Source: Dehalococcoidia bacterium
GTDB taxonomy: Bacteria; Chloroflexota; Dehalococcoidia; Lucifugimonadales; UBA3495
Direction of reading: 5' to 3'
Assembly (NCBI GenBank): GCA_965262595.1
Contig: OZ253548.1
Location: 859,740 to 923,739, forward strand
Length of the DNA stretch: 64,000 nucleotides
Shown: positions 48,254-57,104 of the stretch, in pieces
Layout: each line of letters opens with the position of its first letter
How positions within the stretch are numbered: position 1 is the first letter of the stretch
Position numbers and translations under genes: made by a program
Notes under the pieces: model-generated
What the model saw: the letters and a program-made list of their open reading frames with translations, nothing else
What the model was told of the DNA's origin: nothing
The model's database searches: none

Positions 48254-49399
48254 CTATCCCCACATCTGTGCCGACGCCAGCCGCGCCCCTTCTACCAGCG
48301 ACCCGATTTTCATCCAGACAATCTTTGAGTCCACCTGGAGCCGGCCGGCAAAGGTCCCGAAACCGCAGTCAACGCCGGCGATCATATTTTCCCGCCCTAC
48401 AACTTCCGCATAGCGGAGAATCCGGTCGGCCACCACCTCCGGGTGTTCGACGAAATTGGAGGTGGAGTCGATAACCCCGGGGATGATAATTTTCCCTTCG
48501 GGCAGCTTTAAGTCACGCCAGATTTTCCACTCGTGTTCGTGGCGTGGGTTGGCGCCGGGAAAAGCCACCGCGGCCGGCCTGGCCTTCAGCACGATGTCGA
48601 TTACGTCACTGATGGGCACGTCGGTATGGTGAGGCCCCAGGGTGCTGCCCCAGCAGATGTGCATCCGCATCCGGTCGGCAGGAATGTCGGCCACCGAGTA
48701 GTTCAGCACCTCCACGTGCATCTCCGCCACGGCGCGAAACTCCTCCAGGGTCAGGTGAGAGAAAATTTGGTGACGGCCCAGGGCCAGGTCGGGGCAGTCC
48801 AACTGGAGCAGGAAGCCGGCGTCCACGATGGCCCGGTACTGGCGCTTCATTACCTCGGCCAGGGCCCAAAGATAATCTTCGTCGGTGGCGTAAAACTCGT
48901 TATGCAGAAAGCGGGCGATCTGCCCCGGCGAAGGGGAGGTCATAAAGACATCCTGAGCGGATACCCCGGATGAAGCGACTTTGAGATTTTCAATATCCGC
49001 CTCGACCGCCGCCCAATCCTCCCAGTCAATGGGGCCGGTACAGGTGGGCCGAGCCTGGAAAGGGGAAGCGAAAGGCTTGAGCAATTCCGCCAGTTCGGGA
49101 AACTCGACCTCGCTGGTCATACCGCCCAGGGGCGTACTTTCGCCGTCGTAGCCGGTGAGCCGGTCTTTGACGTACACCGTGTAGTCCACCCGGCCCTGCT
49201 CACCGTCGTTGATAACGTCCAGACCGCTCTCCACCTGCCGGTTAACCACATCCTGAACGGCGGCGCGAACCGAGGTGTCCAGGTCGCCGCGGTCGTCCAG
49301 GCGGGATTGCTGTTCTTCCACCAGCAAACCCAGCATATCCGGGGGACGGGGCAGGCTGCCGGTGTGGGTGGTTAATATCCGGTCAACACTTTGTTTCAT
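48254..49399 (-). CDS. cobalamin-independent methionine synthase (MetE C-terminal domain)-like protein
   Basis: ILTTHTGSLPRP..., INDGEQGR and HICWG fit the UROD/MetE-like fold pattern (COG0620); 381 aa. Confidence 0.7.
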   Translation of the reverse strand: MKQSVDRILTTHTGSLPRPPDMLGLLVEEQQSRLDDRGDLDTSVRAAVQDVVNRQVESGLDVINDGEQGRVDYTVYVKDRLTGYDGESTPLGGMTSEVEFPELAELLKPFASPFQARPTCTGPIDWEDWAAVEADIENLKVASSGVSAQDVFMTSPSPGQIARFLHNEFYATDEDYLWALAEVMKRQYRAIVDAGFLLQLDCPDLALGRHQIFSHLTLEEFRAVAEMHVEVLNYSVADIPADRMRMHICWGSTLGPHHTDVPISDVIDIVLKARPAAVAFPGANPRHEHEWKIWRDLKLPEGKIIIPGVIDSTSNFVEHPEVVADRILRYAEVVGRENMIAGVDCGFGTFAGRLQVDSKIVWMKIGSLVEGARLASAQMWG

Positions 49400-49471
49400 T
49401 GTCGTTTCCTTTGTAATGAGGTGGAATGGGGAATTTACTGATACCTGAAAGAAAAATTGAACCGACTCAAC

Positions 49472-49633
49472 CCGTCATTCCGGCCTGTGCCGGAAATGAC
49501 GGTGGTCAAGTTGCCCAAGTTCAGGAATACTCTGAAAGAGTCATTAGCGCCAGCGCCTTTACCCCGTCGTTCCTGCAAAGCAGGGACTTAAAACTTTGTG
49601 GACAGAGGTTCCTGCCTTCGCAGGAACGACGGG
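49472..49633. repeat. cluster of REP-like palindromic units
   Basis: Unit 1 is CCGTCATTCCGGCCTGTGCCGGAAATGACGG (49472-49502). Units 2 and 3 are CCCGTCGTTCCTGCAAAGCAGG... and ...CCTGCCTTCGCAGGAACGACGGG. Their outer arms, 49563-49576 and 49620-49633, are a 14-bp inverted repeat. All three share the core GTC(A/G)TTCC(G/T)GC. Confidence 0.7.
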
Positions 49634-49797
49634 TAGGGATCAACACCCGAGTCGCGGGCCTATTACGAGGCTCCTTAGTTCATCGTTCACCTTTCAGTAG
49701 TGCACTGAACAATAGTTGGCCCCAATTGTGCCTACTATGGGTTCAGTAAACTACCGGGGCTGGGAACTGCGGCGGGTATCCAACGAATTGCCGTTTC

Positions 49798-50205
49798 CTA
49801 GCTGTGCTCTCCCTCGGCCAACTGGATATAGACACCATGGGAGCTACCGGTGTCAATGTTGGCCGTCTTGTAGCCGAAGGGACTGATGGACGGACCGTCT
49901 CCCCGCATTTCGTTGCCTTTGGCCTGCAAGTCGCTGAATACCTGGTCTATGTTGTCCACGCCCCAGGCTACGTGCATGACTCCCGGCCCGCTTTCCCGTA
50001 GCTGGCGCGCCAGGGGCGTGTCGTCCCTGATTGGTTGGAAGAAGTCAACCAGAGTTTCTCCGACTTGGTACAGGATAGACTTGAAACCGCGTTCAGCGAA
50101 TTCGTCACTCCGAATCGGCTTGAGGGAAAAATTGCTTTCCAGGTAAGCCGCCATATCCTCAACGCTCTCCACGGCGTAGGTAATGTGATGCACTTTGTTT
50201 AGCAT
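49798..50205 (-). CDS. VOC-family protein (glyoxalase / methylmalonyl-CoA epimerase-like)
   Basis: MLNKVHHITYAVESVEDM...GVMHVAWGVDNID. The ATG at 50205 is preceded by GGAGG. Confidence 0.7.
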   Translation of the reverse strand: MLNKVHHITYAVESVEDMAAYLESNFSLKPIRSDEFAERGFKSILYQVGETLVDFFQPIRDDTPLARQLRESGPGVMHVAWGVDNIDQVFSDLQAKGNEMRGDGPSISPFGYKTANIDTGSSHGVYIQLAEGEHS

Positions 50206-50283
50206 GATGTACCTCCACACTGATAGAATTGGTAGAAGCCTATTGGATTCTGCGCCAGCTTTCAACCCTCAGGAGGTGCCGAA

Positions 50284-51297
50284 ATGAGCGATCACAGCAT
50301 ATTCGAACTGGGCGACGTGGACCTTCAATGCGGCCTGCGGCTGCGCGGCGCCCGATTGGCCTACAAGACTTACGGTATCTTGAACGAAGGCAAGGACAAT
50401 GTAATTGTGTTTCCTACCTTCTTTGCGTCCCAGCACTCGGCCAACGAGCCGATGATAGGGCCAGGCATGGCGCTGGACCCTTCAAAATACTTCATCATAG
50501 TCCCCAATCTGTTTGGCAACGGACTGTCTTCATCCCCCAGCAATACTCCGGCTCCCTACGACCGGGCGAGATTCCCCAAAGTCACCTACTACGACAACAT
50601 CAGGTGCCAGCGCCGCCTGGTGACCGAGTATTTCGGCATCGAGCGCATCGCGCTGGTCTGCGGTTTCTCAATGGGTGCGCAGCAGGCCTTTCATTGGGGC
50701 GCGCTGTTCCCCGACATGGTGGAGCGGATCGCCCCCTGGTGCGGCTCGGCGCGAACGTCTCCTCACAACTTTGTTTTTCTTGAAGGCGTCAAAGCCGCGC
50801 TGTGCGCCGACGAAGCCTGGAACAATGGCTGGTACGACAGCCCACCCCACAAGGGATTGCGGGCGATGGCCCGGGTTTATGCCGGGTGGGCCCCATCGCA
50901 AGCCTTTTACCGCGAAAGAGTGTTCCTTGACTTGGGGTTCTCGTCCCTGGAGGACTATTTGATCACCGCCTGGGAGGGAAGGTATCTGCAACTGGACGCC
51001 AATGACATTCTGGCAATGGTCGCAACCTGGCAGTTCGGGGACATCAGCGACAACCCCATTTACCGAGGCGACTTCGAAAAGGCCCTTGGCTCGATAGAGG
51101 CGCGAGCATTCGTCATGCCCTCCCACACCGACCAGTACTTCCCACCGGAGGACAACCGGATAGAGGTTAGCCTGATGCCCAATGCCGAACTGCGCACGAT
51201 TTCAACAATCTGGGGGCATACCGGCGGCGGCCCGGGCCGCAATCCCGCCGATACCGCATTCATCGACAGTCAGCTAAAGGAGTTATTGGCAAGTTGA
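50284..51297 (+). CDS. alpha/beta hydrolase of the homoserine O-acetyltransferase (MetX-like) family
   Basis: 337 aa. The N-terminus is LRLRGARLAYKTYGILNEGKDNVIVFPTFF, and the nucleophile elbow is GFSMGAQQA. Confidence 0.65.
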   Translation: MSDHSIFELGDVDLQCGLRLRGARLAYKTYGILNEGKDNVIVFPTFFASQHSANEPMIGPGMALDPSKYFIIVPNLFGNGLSSSPSNTPAPYDRARFPKVTYYDNIRCQRRLVTEYFGIERIALVCGFSMGAQQAFHWGALFPDMVERIAPWCGSARTSPHNFVFLEGVKAALCADEAWNNGWYDSPPHKGLRAMARVYAGWAPSQAFYRERVFLDLGFSSLEDYLITAWEGRYLQLDANDILAMVATWQFGDISDNPIYRGDFEKALGSIEARAFVMPSHTDQYFPPEDNRIEVSLMPNAELRTISTIWGHTGGGPGRNPADTAFIDSQLKELLAS

Positions 51298-51350
51298 CTT
51301 TTCAATAGGCCGGTGGGCGCCGATACCGTTGAGCCGGCGGGGCCAGAGTG

Positions 51351-51400
51351 GGGTTGCTGGGACGTGCTGGGACGTGCCGGGACGTGCCGGGACGTGCCGG
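51351..51400. repeat. 10-bp tandem repeat, about 5 units
   Basis: GGGTTGCTGG GACGTGCTGG GACGTGCCGG GACGTGCCGG GACGTGCCGG lies between the convergent stops at 51297 (+) and 51465 (-). Confidence 0.85.
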
Positions 51401-51464
51401 GCTTGGAATTCCCCTTGCTCCGCCGGATTACCAGCCCAACTGTGGCCGAAGCGCTATCCCCGCT

Positions 51465-52712
51465 CTAAATCTGCAACCGGCGGAGAGTCGGGCGCCAGAT
51501 AGCCAGCCAGACGGTAAAGACCAGGCTAATTACCGCGCCGCCGGCCAGGGCCAGGGGCCAACTGACCAAGTCCGCCACTACCGCCATCGGCAGCGAACCG
51601 ATAAACATCAGGCCGGCCGATACGTACCACAAGCTCATCACCCGACCCTGCAACTCCGACGGGACCGAAAGTTGCAGCACTGTGGTGCCCAGGGAGATGT
51701 AACTGATACTGCCCACACCGACGAACAGCAAAATGGCCCAGGAAAGCCAGAACCACTGAGACCAGGCGAACAGGAACAGACTGAATTCAAAGAGCAAGAC
51801 CGACCCGATTAAGAGCCAGTTCTTGTGACGAAAGTTTCCCAGCAAGGACAGGAAGACATTGGCTAGCAGCGAACCCAATCCGGCCGCGGTAATGAGCAGC
51901 CCGGCTTTCGCCGCGCCCGCACCCAGCACCTCTTTGGCGAAGGCGGGCATTACCTGGATATGCGGCATCCCAAAGAAGCCAAAAGCAAACCCCACTCCGA
52001 TGATGGTAAATACCACCGGCGTCTTCCGAAAATAGTCCAGCCCGGCCAACAGGTCGCGAAACACCCCCGCCCGCCGCGCCGGTTGGCCCTGACCGAAGTT
52101 TCGGATAAGGAGGACAAAGCCGGCCGCCATCAGGTAACAACTGGCATTGATGTAGAGGGCCGGGCCAATGCCGACCAGCTCGATGATTCCCCCGGCAAGG
52201 GCCGGTCCAATTATCCGCCCGGTATTCATCACCGCCGCATTCAGTACCACTGCGTTCATTATGTCATCCCGGTCCACCAGGTTTACTACCATAGCGAGAC
52301 GAGTAGGCATATTGATTGCGTGCAGCGTCCCCAGCAGAAATGATGCGGCGTAAATCTGCCAAACGGCCACCAGATTGGTAATGGTCAGGGTCGCGACAAC
52401 AAAGACAGTCAAAGTCACGCCCATTTGAGACGCCACAAGGAGTTTTTGGCGGTTGATACGGTCGGCGAAAATTCCGCCAAACAGCACGAGGGTAAGGTTA
52501 GGTATGCCGTAGAAGAAAACGGTCAACCCCAATTTGGACACCGAGTCGGTAAGGTCCAGCACCAGCCAGCCCAGTATTAGAAACTGCATTCCCTGGGCCA
52601 TTGCCTGTCCGGCGGTACTTAGCCAAAACCAGCGGAAATTCCTGTGGCGAAGGGAGCGAAATGTTTGAATTCGGGGATGCGCCGACTTTATCCGTGTTAG
52701 CAATTGGGGCAT
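51465..52712 (-). CDS. MFS transporter
   Basis: 415 aa with about 12 TM helices. The N-terminus SLRHRNFRWFWLSTAGQAMAQGM is typical of the enterobactin-exporter-like MFS clade. Confidence 0.8.
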   Translation of the reverse strand: MPQLLTRIKSAHPRIQTFRSLRHRNFRWFWLSTAGQAMAQGMQFLILGWLVLDLTDSVSKLGLTVFFYGIPNLTLVLFGGIFADRINRQKLLVASQMGVTLTVFVVATLTITNLVAVWQIYAASFLLGTLHAINMPTRLAMVVNLVDRDDIMNAVVLNAAVMNTGRIIGPALAGGIIELVGIGPALYINASCYLMAAGFVLLIRNFGQGQPARRAGVFRDLLAGLDYFRKTPVVFTIIGVGFAFGFFGMPHIQVMPAFAKEVLGAGAAKAGLLITAAGLGSLLANVFLSLLGNFRHKNWLLIGSVLLFEFSLFLFAWSQWFWLSWAILLFVGVGSISYISLGTTVLQLSVPSELQGRVMSLWYVSAGLMFIGSLPMAVVADLVSWPLALAGGAVISLVFTVWLAIWRPTLRRLQI

Positions 52713-52935
52713 TCCCGTCCTTGATGCCTGGATACTTGAAGCAATGGATGCGCCCTAACACTGGCTGGGGGTTTCGCCGTTACTTGTTGAGCCGGCCTGG
52801 GGCTGGGCCGGTTTTGTCCGTAAACCATGCAGCAGCCATGTAGCTGGAGAAAATAGTTCATAAATGCATAAATAGCAGATTAAGGGAAACGGGCGGACGG
52901 CATTCGCTGGGAGCAAGCCCGGCGGGGCTACCCGG

Positions 52936-53007
52936 TGGAGGTGAGGGGGATCGAACCCCTGACCCCCTGCTTGCAAAGCAGGTGCTCTCCCGCTGAGCTA
53001 CACCCCC
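52936..53007 (-). tRNA. tRNA-Ala (anticodon UGC)
   Basis: The reverse complement is GGGGGTGTAGCTCAGCGGGAGAGCACCTGCTTTGCAAGCAGGGGGTCAGGGGTTCGATCCCCCTCACCTCCA. It folds as a cloverleaf with the G3:U70 Ala identity pair, a TTCGATC T-loop and anticodon loop CTTTGCAAG. CCA is not encoded. Confidence 0.95.
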
Positions 53008-53395
53008 GAGTTCACCGGTCGTGGGATAGTGCGCGCCAATGGCGCAAGCGCCATCGGGGGGCAAAAGTATCGCCGGGCAGACTGCGCCTCAGCGAAGGGC
53101 TAAGTCTCCGGCGACTGGCTATTTTGCCATTGCGACGACAGTTGCTATTCTATCACCGATCAACGGCCGGGCCAACACCTTTACTCTCGGGTCGGGCCAG
53201 CCGCCAGCGCCACCCAATTCAGCGTTATGTCGTCGGATAAAGGCAACCCTGATAGCTGCTTTGGGGTTCTGCCTTTTCGCTTGGAAGTCCCGGCCTTTGG
53301 GTTCGACATTAGAGGAGCAAACGGGTATTATATTGGCGATTAGGCCGGGCAATTATTTTGACAAACTTATACCTGTTGGATGTAAGGAGCAGCTG

Positions 53396-54592
53396 ATGCG
53401 AGGAGTCGCAATTGTATCACCGGTTAGAACCGCAGTAGGAACATTCGGCGGAGGCTTGCGGGGTATTTCCGCCGCTGACCTGGCGTCCACCGTCATCAAG
53501 GAGTTAGTGGAGCGCAGCGGGATCGAGCCTTCCCGGATAGACGACGTAATCCTGGGATTAGGTTACCCCAGCGGCGAGAACCCCGCCATTGGACGGCTGG
53601 CCGGACTGAAAGCCGAGCTGCCCATAGAAGTCCCCGGGTACCAGTTGGACCGCCGCTGTTCGTCAGGCTTGCAAGCTATTCTGAACGCCGCAATGCTGAT
53701 CCAGACCGAGAACGCCGACGCCGTGGTTGCCGGCGGCGTGGAAAGCATGAGCAACGCCGAGTATTATGTCAACGAATCCCGTTGGGGCGGCCGGTTCGGC
53801 TCTATGACCTTGCATGACCGTCTGGCCCGGGCACGGGAGACTATTTCCCCGGAAGAGAGGTTTGGTTATATCTCCGGCATGGTAGAGACTGCGGAGAACC
53901 TGGCAAAACAGTACGAAATTTCCCGGGAAGAACAAGACGAATACTCCCTGCGCAGCCACCAGAGAGCGATAGCCGCCATGGAGTCGGGCAAGTTTTCTCA
54001 GGAGATAGTACCGATTCCGGTGCCCCAGCGACGGGGAGACCCGGTGAATTTTATTCAGGACGAAAACCCCCGGGCCGACACTACTTTGGAGGCCCTGGCA
54101 CGTCTCCGGCCGATAATGCCCAGCGGTACGGTTACCGCCGGTAACGCCAGCAGCCAGAACGACGCGGCCTCGGTATGCCTGGTGGTGGCCGAGGATAAAC
54201 TGGAAGAGTTGGGACTAACTCCTATGGGCTACCTCAAGGGGTGGGCCGTAACCGGCTGCCATCCCGCCTACATGGGCATTGGCCCGGTGCCTTCAGTCAA
54301 CAAGGTGATGTCAAAGCTGAATATGTCCCTGGAAAACATGGATTTGATTGAGCTTAACGAAGCCTTCGCCGCCCAGGTGCTATCGGTGCTCCGTGAGTGG
54401 AAGCTGCCCAATGAGGACAAACTTAACGTCAACGGCTCCGGCATATCTCTGGGTCACCCCATCGCCGCCACCGGCGCTCGCATCCTGACCACTCTGCTAC
54501 ACGAGATGGAGCGGCGAGATGTCCAGTATGGTCTGGAGACCATGTGCGTTGGAGGCGGGCAGGGCGTAGCGGCAGTGTTTGAACGTCGCTAG
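53396..54592 (+). CDS. acetyl-CoA C-acetyltransferase (thiolase)
   Basis: MRGVAIVSPVRTAVGTFGG at the N-terminus. The active-site Cys is in QLDRRCSSGLQA, and the C-terminus has NGSGISLGHPIAATG and CVGGGQG. The ATG at 53396 has AAGGAG 7 nt upstream. The track N-terminal extension overlaps the tRNA region. Confidence 0.9.
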   Translation: MRGVAIVSPVRTAVGTFGGGLRGISAADLASTVIKELVERSGIEPSRIDDVILGLGYPSGENPAIGRLAGLKAELPIEVPGYQLDRRCSSGLQAILNAAMLIQTENADAVVAGGVESMSNAEYYVNESRWGGRFGSMTLHDRLARARETISPEERFGYISGMVETAENLAKQYEISREEQDEYSLRSHQRAIAAMESGKFSQEIVPIPVPQRRGDPVNFIQDENPRADTTLEALARLRPIMPSGTVTAGNASSQNDAASVCLVVAEDKLEELGLTPMGYLKGWAVTGCHPAYMGIGPVPSVNKVMSKLNMSLENMDLIELNEAFAAQVLSVLREWKLPNEDKLNVNGSGISLGHPIAATGARILTTLLHEMERRDVQYGLETMCVGGGQGVAAVFERR

Positions 54593-54685
54593 AAACGCAG
54601 AGTGCCCAGCGCTCTCCCAGGAGTCTCAGGAGTTGACCCGGATACCGACAAGGTTCATTTACCCACGTTCTTTTACCAAGGAGGG

Positions 54686-56284
54686 ATGATGGCTAACCGG
54701 AAAGATGTTGCTGATGTCCTGGTTATCGGAGCAGGCGCTTCCGGAGGCGCTTTTAGCTGGAGTCTGGCCCAGGCCGGAATCAAGGTAGTGTGCCTGGAGC
54801 AAGGCGGCTGGGTACCCTTGGACGCCTTTTCCACCAGCGAGCCTGATGCCCAGATTCTCTGGCAGCAAAAGTTTCACTCCAACCCGAACTTCCGTGGTCT
54901 CCCCGAAGATTATCCGGTGAACGAAGCCGAGACCCCCATTGCGCCCCTGATGTACAACGCGGTCGGCGGCAGCACCATCCATTGGGGTTCCCACTTTCCC
55001 CGCTTTCATCCTTCCGACTTTCGGCTCAGGTCCCAGGACGGAGTTGCCGATGACTGGCCGATGACTTATGCCGAGTTAGAGCCTTACTACGACTTGAACG
55101 ACCGGATGCAAGGCGTCTCCGGGTTGCGGGGCGACCCAGCCTATCCGCCCAAATCGGAAAGACCGACGCCGCCTCTGCCCATTGGCGCAGGCGGTGAGTT
55201 GCTGGCCAAAGGTTTCAATAAGCTGGGCTGGCACTGGTGGTCGTCGGATAACGCGATTTCCTCCGTCGAATACGACGGGCGTCAGCCGGACACCGGGGGA
55301 ACTCTCCGCTCCATGTCCAGCTCAGACATAATTTACTGGCCCAAGGCGTTGCGATTGGGCGCCCGCCTCAAGACTTATGCCCGGGTCAGGGAAATTCTGG
55401 TGGACAAATCGGGCCGGGCCACCGGCGCATTGTATTATGACGCCGACGGCAACTTGCAAGAACAACGGGCGAAAGTGGTAGTCATGGCATGCAACGGCGT
55501 CGGAACCGCCCGCTTGCTGCTAAACTCCAAATCGTCGCTCTTCCCTGAAGGTCTGGCCAACAGCAGCGGCCTGGTGGGCAAGAACCTGATGCACCACCCG
55601 GTCGGCGGCGTTATGGGCATATTCGACGAATGGCTCGGCGCCGACTCGGGACCTCGTGGCAGCAGTATGCTCAGCCAGGAGTTCTACGAGACCGACCTGA
55701 GCCGGGGCTTTGTACGCGGCTACGACCTGCAAATTACCGGTGTTACCGGCTCCCCGCTGCCCACGGCGTTGGGTGGAATTCAGCAGGAAGTTGTGCCCTG
55801 GGGTCAGGACCACCACCGGATATATGGTGAACGGTTCGGGCACACTATCGGAATCACCGTTATGACTGAAGACCTGCCGGAGGAAAGCAACCAGGTAACC
55901 CTGGACCCGGTTCTTACCGACTCCCACGGCATTCCGGCGCCCCGAATCCAATACACCGTCAGCGAAAATACCCATAAGATGCTGGATCACGGTGTGGAGC
56001 GGGCGCGGGAAGTGCTGGAGGCTGCCGGCGCCAGGCAAACTTTCGGCTCTCACATTCGACGTAACTCCGGCTGGCACCTGCTGGGAACTGCCCGAATGGG
56101 TGACAACCCCAATAATTCGGTGGTGGACCGCTGGGGGCGGGCCCATGACGTGCCGAACCTGCTTATTATTGACGGCAGCATTTTTACCACCGGCGCCTGC
56201 ATCAATCCCACGACTACTATTCAGGCCCTGGCGCTGCGCACTGCCGACTTTGTTAAAGGTGAGGGGAGCAGTCTGTTGGCCTAG
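54686..56284 (+). CDS. GMC-family FAD oxidoreductase
   Basis: DVLVIGAGASGGAFSWSLAQAGIKVVCLEQG is the FAD-binding motif. The C-terminal HLLGTARMG and LIIDGSIF are GMC motifs. The start is the ATG at 54686 or at 54689. Confidence 0.85.
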   Translation: MMANRKDVADVLVIGAGASGGAFSWSLAQAGIKVVCLEQGGWVPLDAFSTSEPDAQILWQQKFHSNPNFRGLPEDYPVNEAETPIAPLMYNAVGGSTIHWGSHFPRFHPSDFRLRSQDGVADDWPMTYAELEPYYDLNDRMQGVSGLRGDPAYPPKSERPTPPLPIGAGGELLAKGFNKLGWHWWSSDNAISSVEYDGRQPDTGGTLRSMSSSDIIYWPKALRLGARLKTYARVREILVDKSGRATGALYYDADGNLQEQRAKVVVMACNGVGTARLLLNSKSSLFPEGLANSSGLVGKNLMHHPVGGVMGIFDEWLGADSGPRGSSMLSQEFYETDLSRGFVRGYDLQITGVTGSPLPTALGGIQQEVVPWGQDHHRIYGERFGHTIGITVMTEDLPEESNQVTLDPVLTDSHGIPAPRIQYTVSENTHKMLDHGVERAREVLEAAGARQTFGSHIRRNSGWHLLGTARMGDNPNNSVVDRWGRAHDVPNLLIIDGSIFTTGACINPTTTIQALALRTADFVKGEGSSLLA

Positions 56285-56335
56285 CTTGCCGGTTGGTTAA
56301 TGGCGGCCAAATCCCGCTAAAAACGATGCTCTTTG

Positions 56336-56367
56336 GGACCCTCTTCGTATTGGAGAGGGTCCTTTTT
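56336..56367 (+). terminator. rho-independent terminator
   Basis: GGACCCTCT (56336-56344) pairs with AGAGGGTCC (56354-56362), with a 9-nt loop, followed by TTTTT (56363-56367). Confidence 0.65.
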
Positions 56368-56466
56368 ACTGACACCAGGCCATTGTTGGGCGGTATTTCC
56401 TCCGGTAATCTGCTGGAACGCCGGGTGTACCGGCCCGGACAAAGACCAAAAGAAAGGAGGTTACAA

Positions 56467-56841
56467 ATGCCCAGAGTAGTCCATTTTGAAGTGCACGCCG
56501 ACGACCTCGAACGCGCTGCCAAGTTCTATACCGACATTTTCGGTTGGAAGGTGAATAAGTGGGAAGGGGCAAATGGCTTCGTTTATTGGCTGGTTACCAC
56601 TGGGGACGACTCGACCCCGGGAATTAACGGAGGTATGTTGCAGCGGCAAGACCCGGCGTCGGTTACAACCACTGTTCTGGATGTTCCCTCGGTTGACGAG
56701 TACACCGGAAAGATAACTGAAGGTGGGGGAACTGTGCTGGTCCCCAAGATGACCGTCCCCGGGGTCGGTTACGCCGCCTACTTCAAGGACACCGAAGGCA
56801 ATCCATTTGGCATCTTCGAGGACGACTCGACAGCAGCATAG
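56467..56841 (+). CDS. VOC-family (glyoxalase-like) protein
   Basis: MPRVVHFEVHADDLERAAKFYTDIFGW...GYAAYFKDTEGNPFGIFE. The ATG at 56467 is preceded by AAAGGAGG. Confidence 0.75.
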   Translation: MPRVVHFEVHADDLERAAKFYTDIFGWKVNKWEGANGFVYWLVTTGDDSTPGINGGMLQRQDPASVTTTVLDVPSVDEYTGKITEGGGTVLVPKMTVPGVGYAAYFKDTEGNPFGIFEDDSTAA

Positions 56842-57104
56842 ACCGTTAAGACAATGAACTCCCTCGCCGGCCCTTTACACTCAATCCGTTAAGGTAGTTC
56901 CGGGCGAGGCTGCCTAAGGTTCTGCCGGGTTATCTTCTTTGGCCCTCCGCTCGCGAATTGCCGTCGAGGACAACAAGAAAACCGCAATTGACGGCAACAT
57001 TCCTTGAAGGTAGTATGACTAAACCCTGGTACTCTTTAGGCGCCCCAGCGAAAATTGGGAGTTCTTAAAGTTTGGAGGGCCAAAGCGACAAGGAGGATAG
57101 AACA

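Noticed and set aside
51351-51400. The short direct repeats as a possible CRISPR array
   Set aside because: The units are 10 bp and contiguous, with no spacers, and no cas genes are nearby. This is a simple tandem repeat.
53039-53395. N-terminal 119-aa extension of the thiolase ORF in the track
   Set aside because: The extension starts about 30 nt from the tRNA-Ala gene and runs through intergenic sequence. The conserved thiolase N-terminus begins at the ATG at 53396, which has an AAGGAG RBS.
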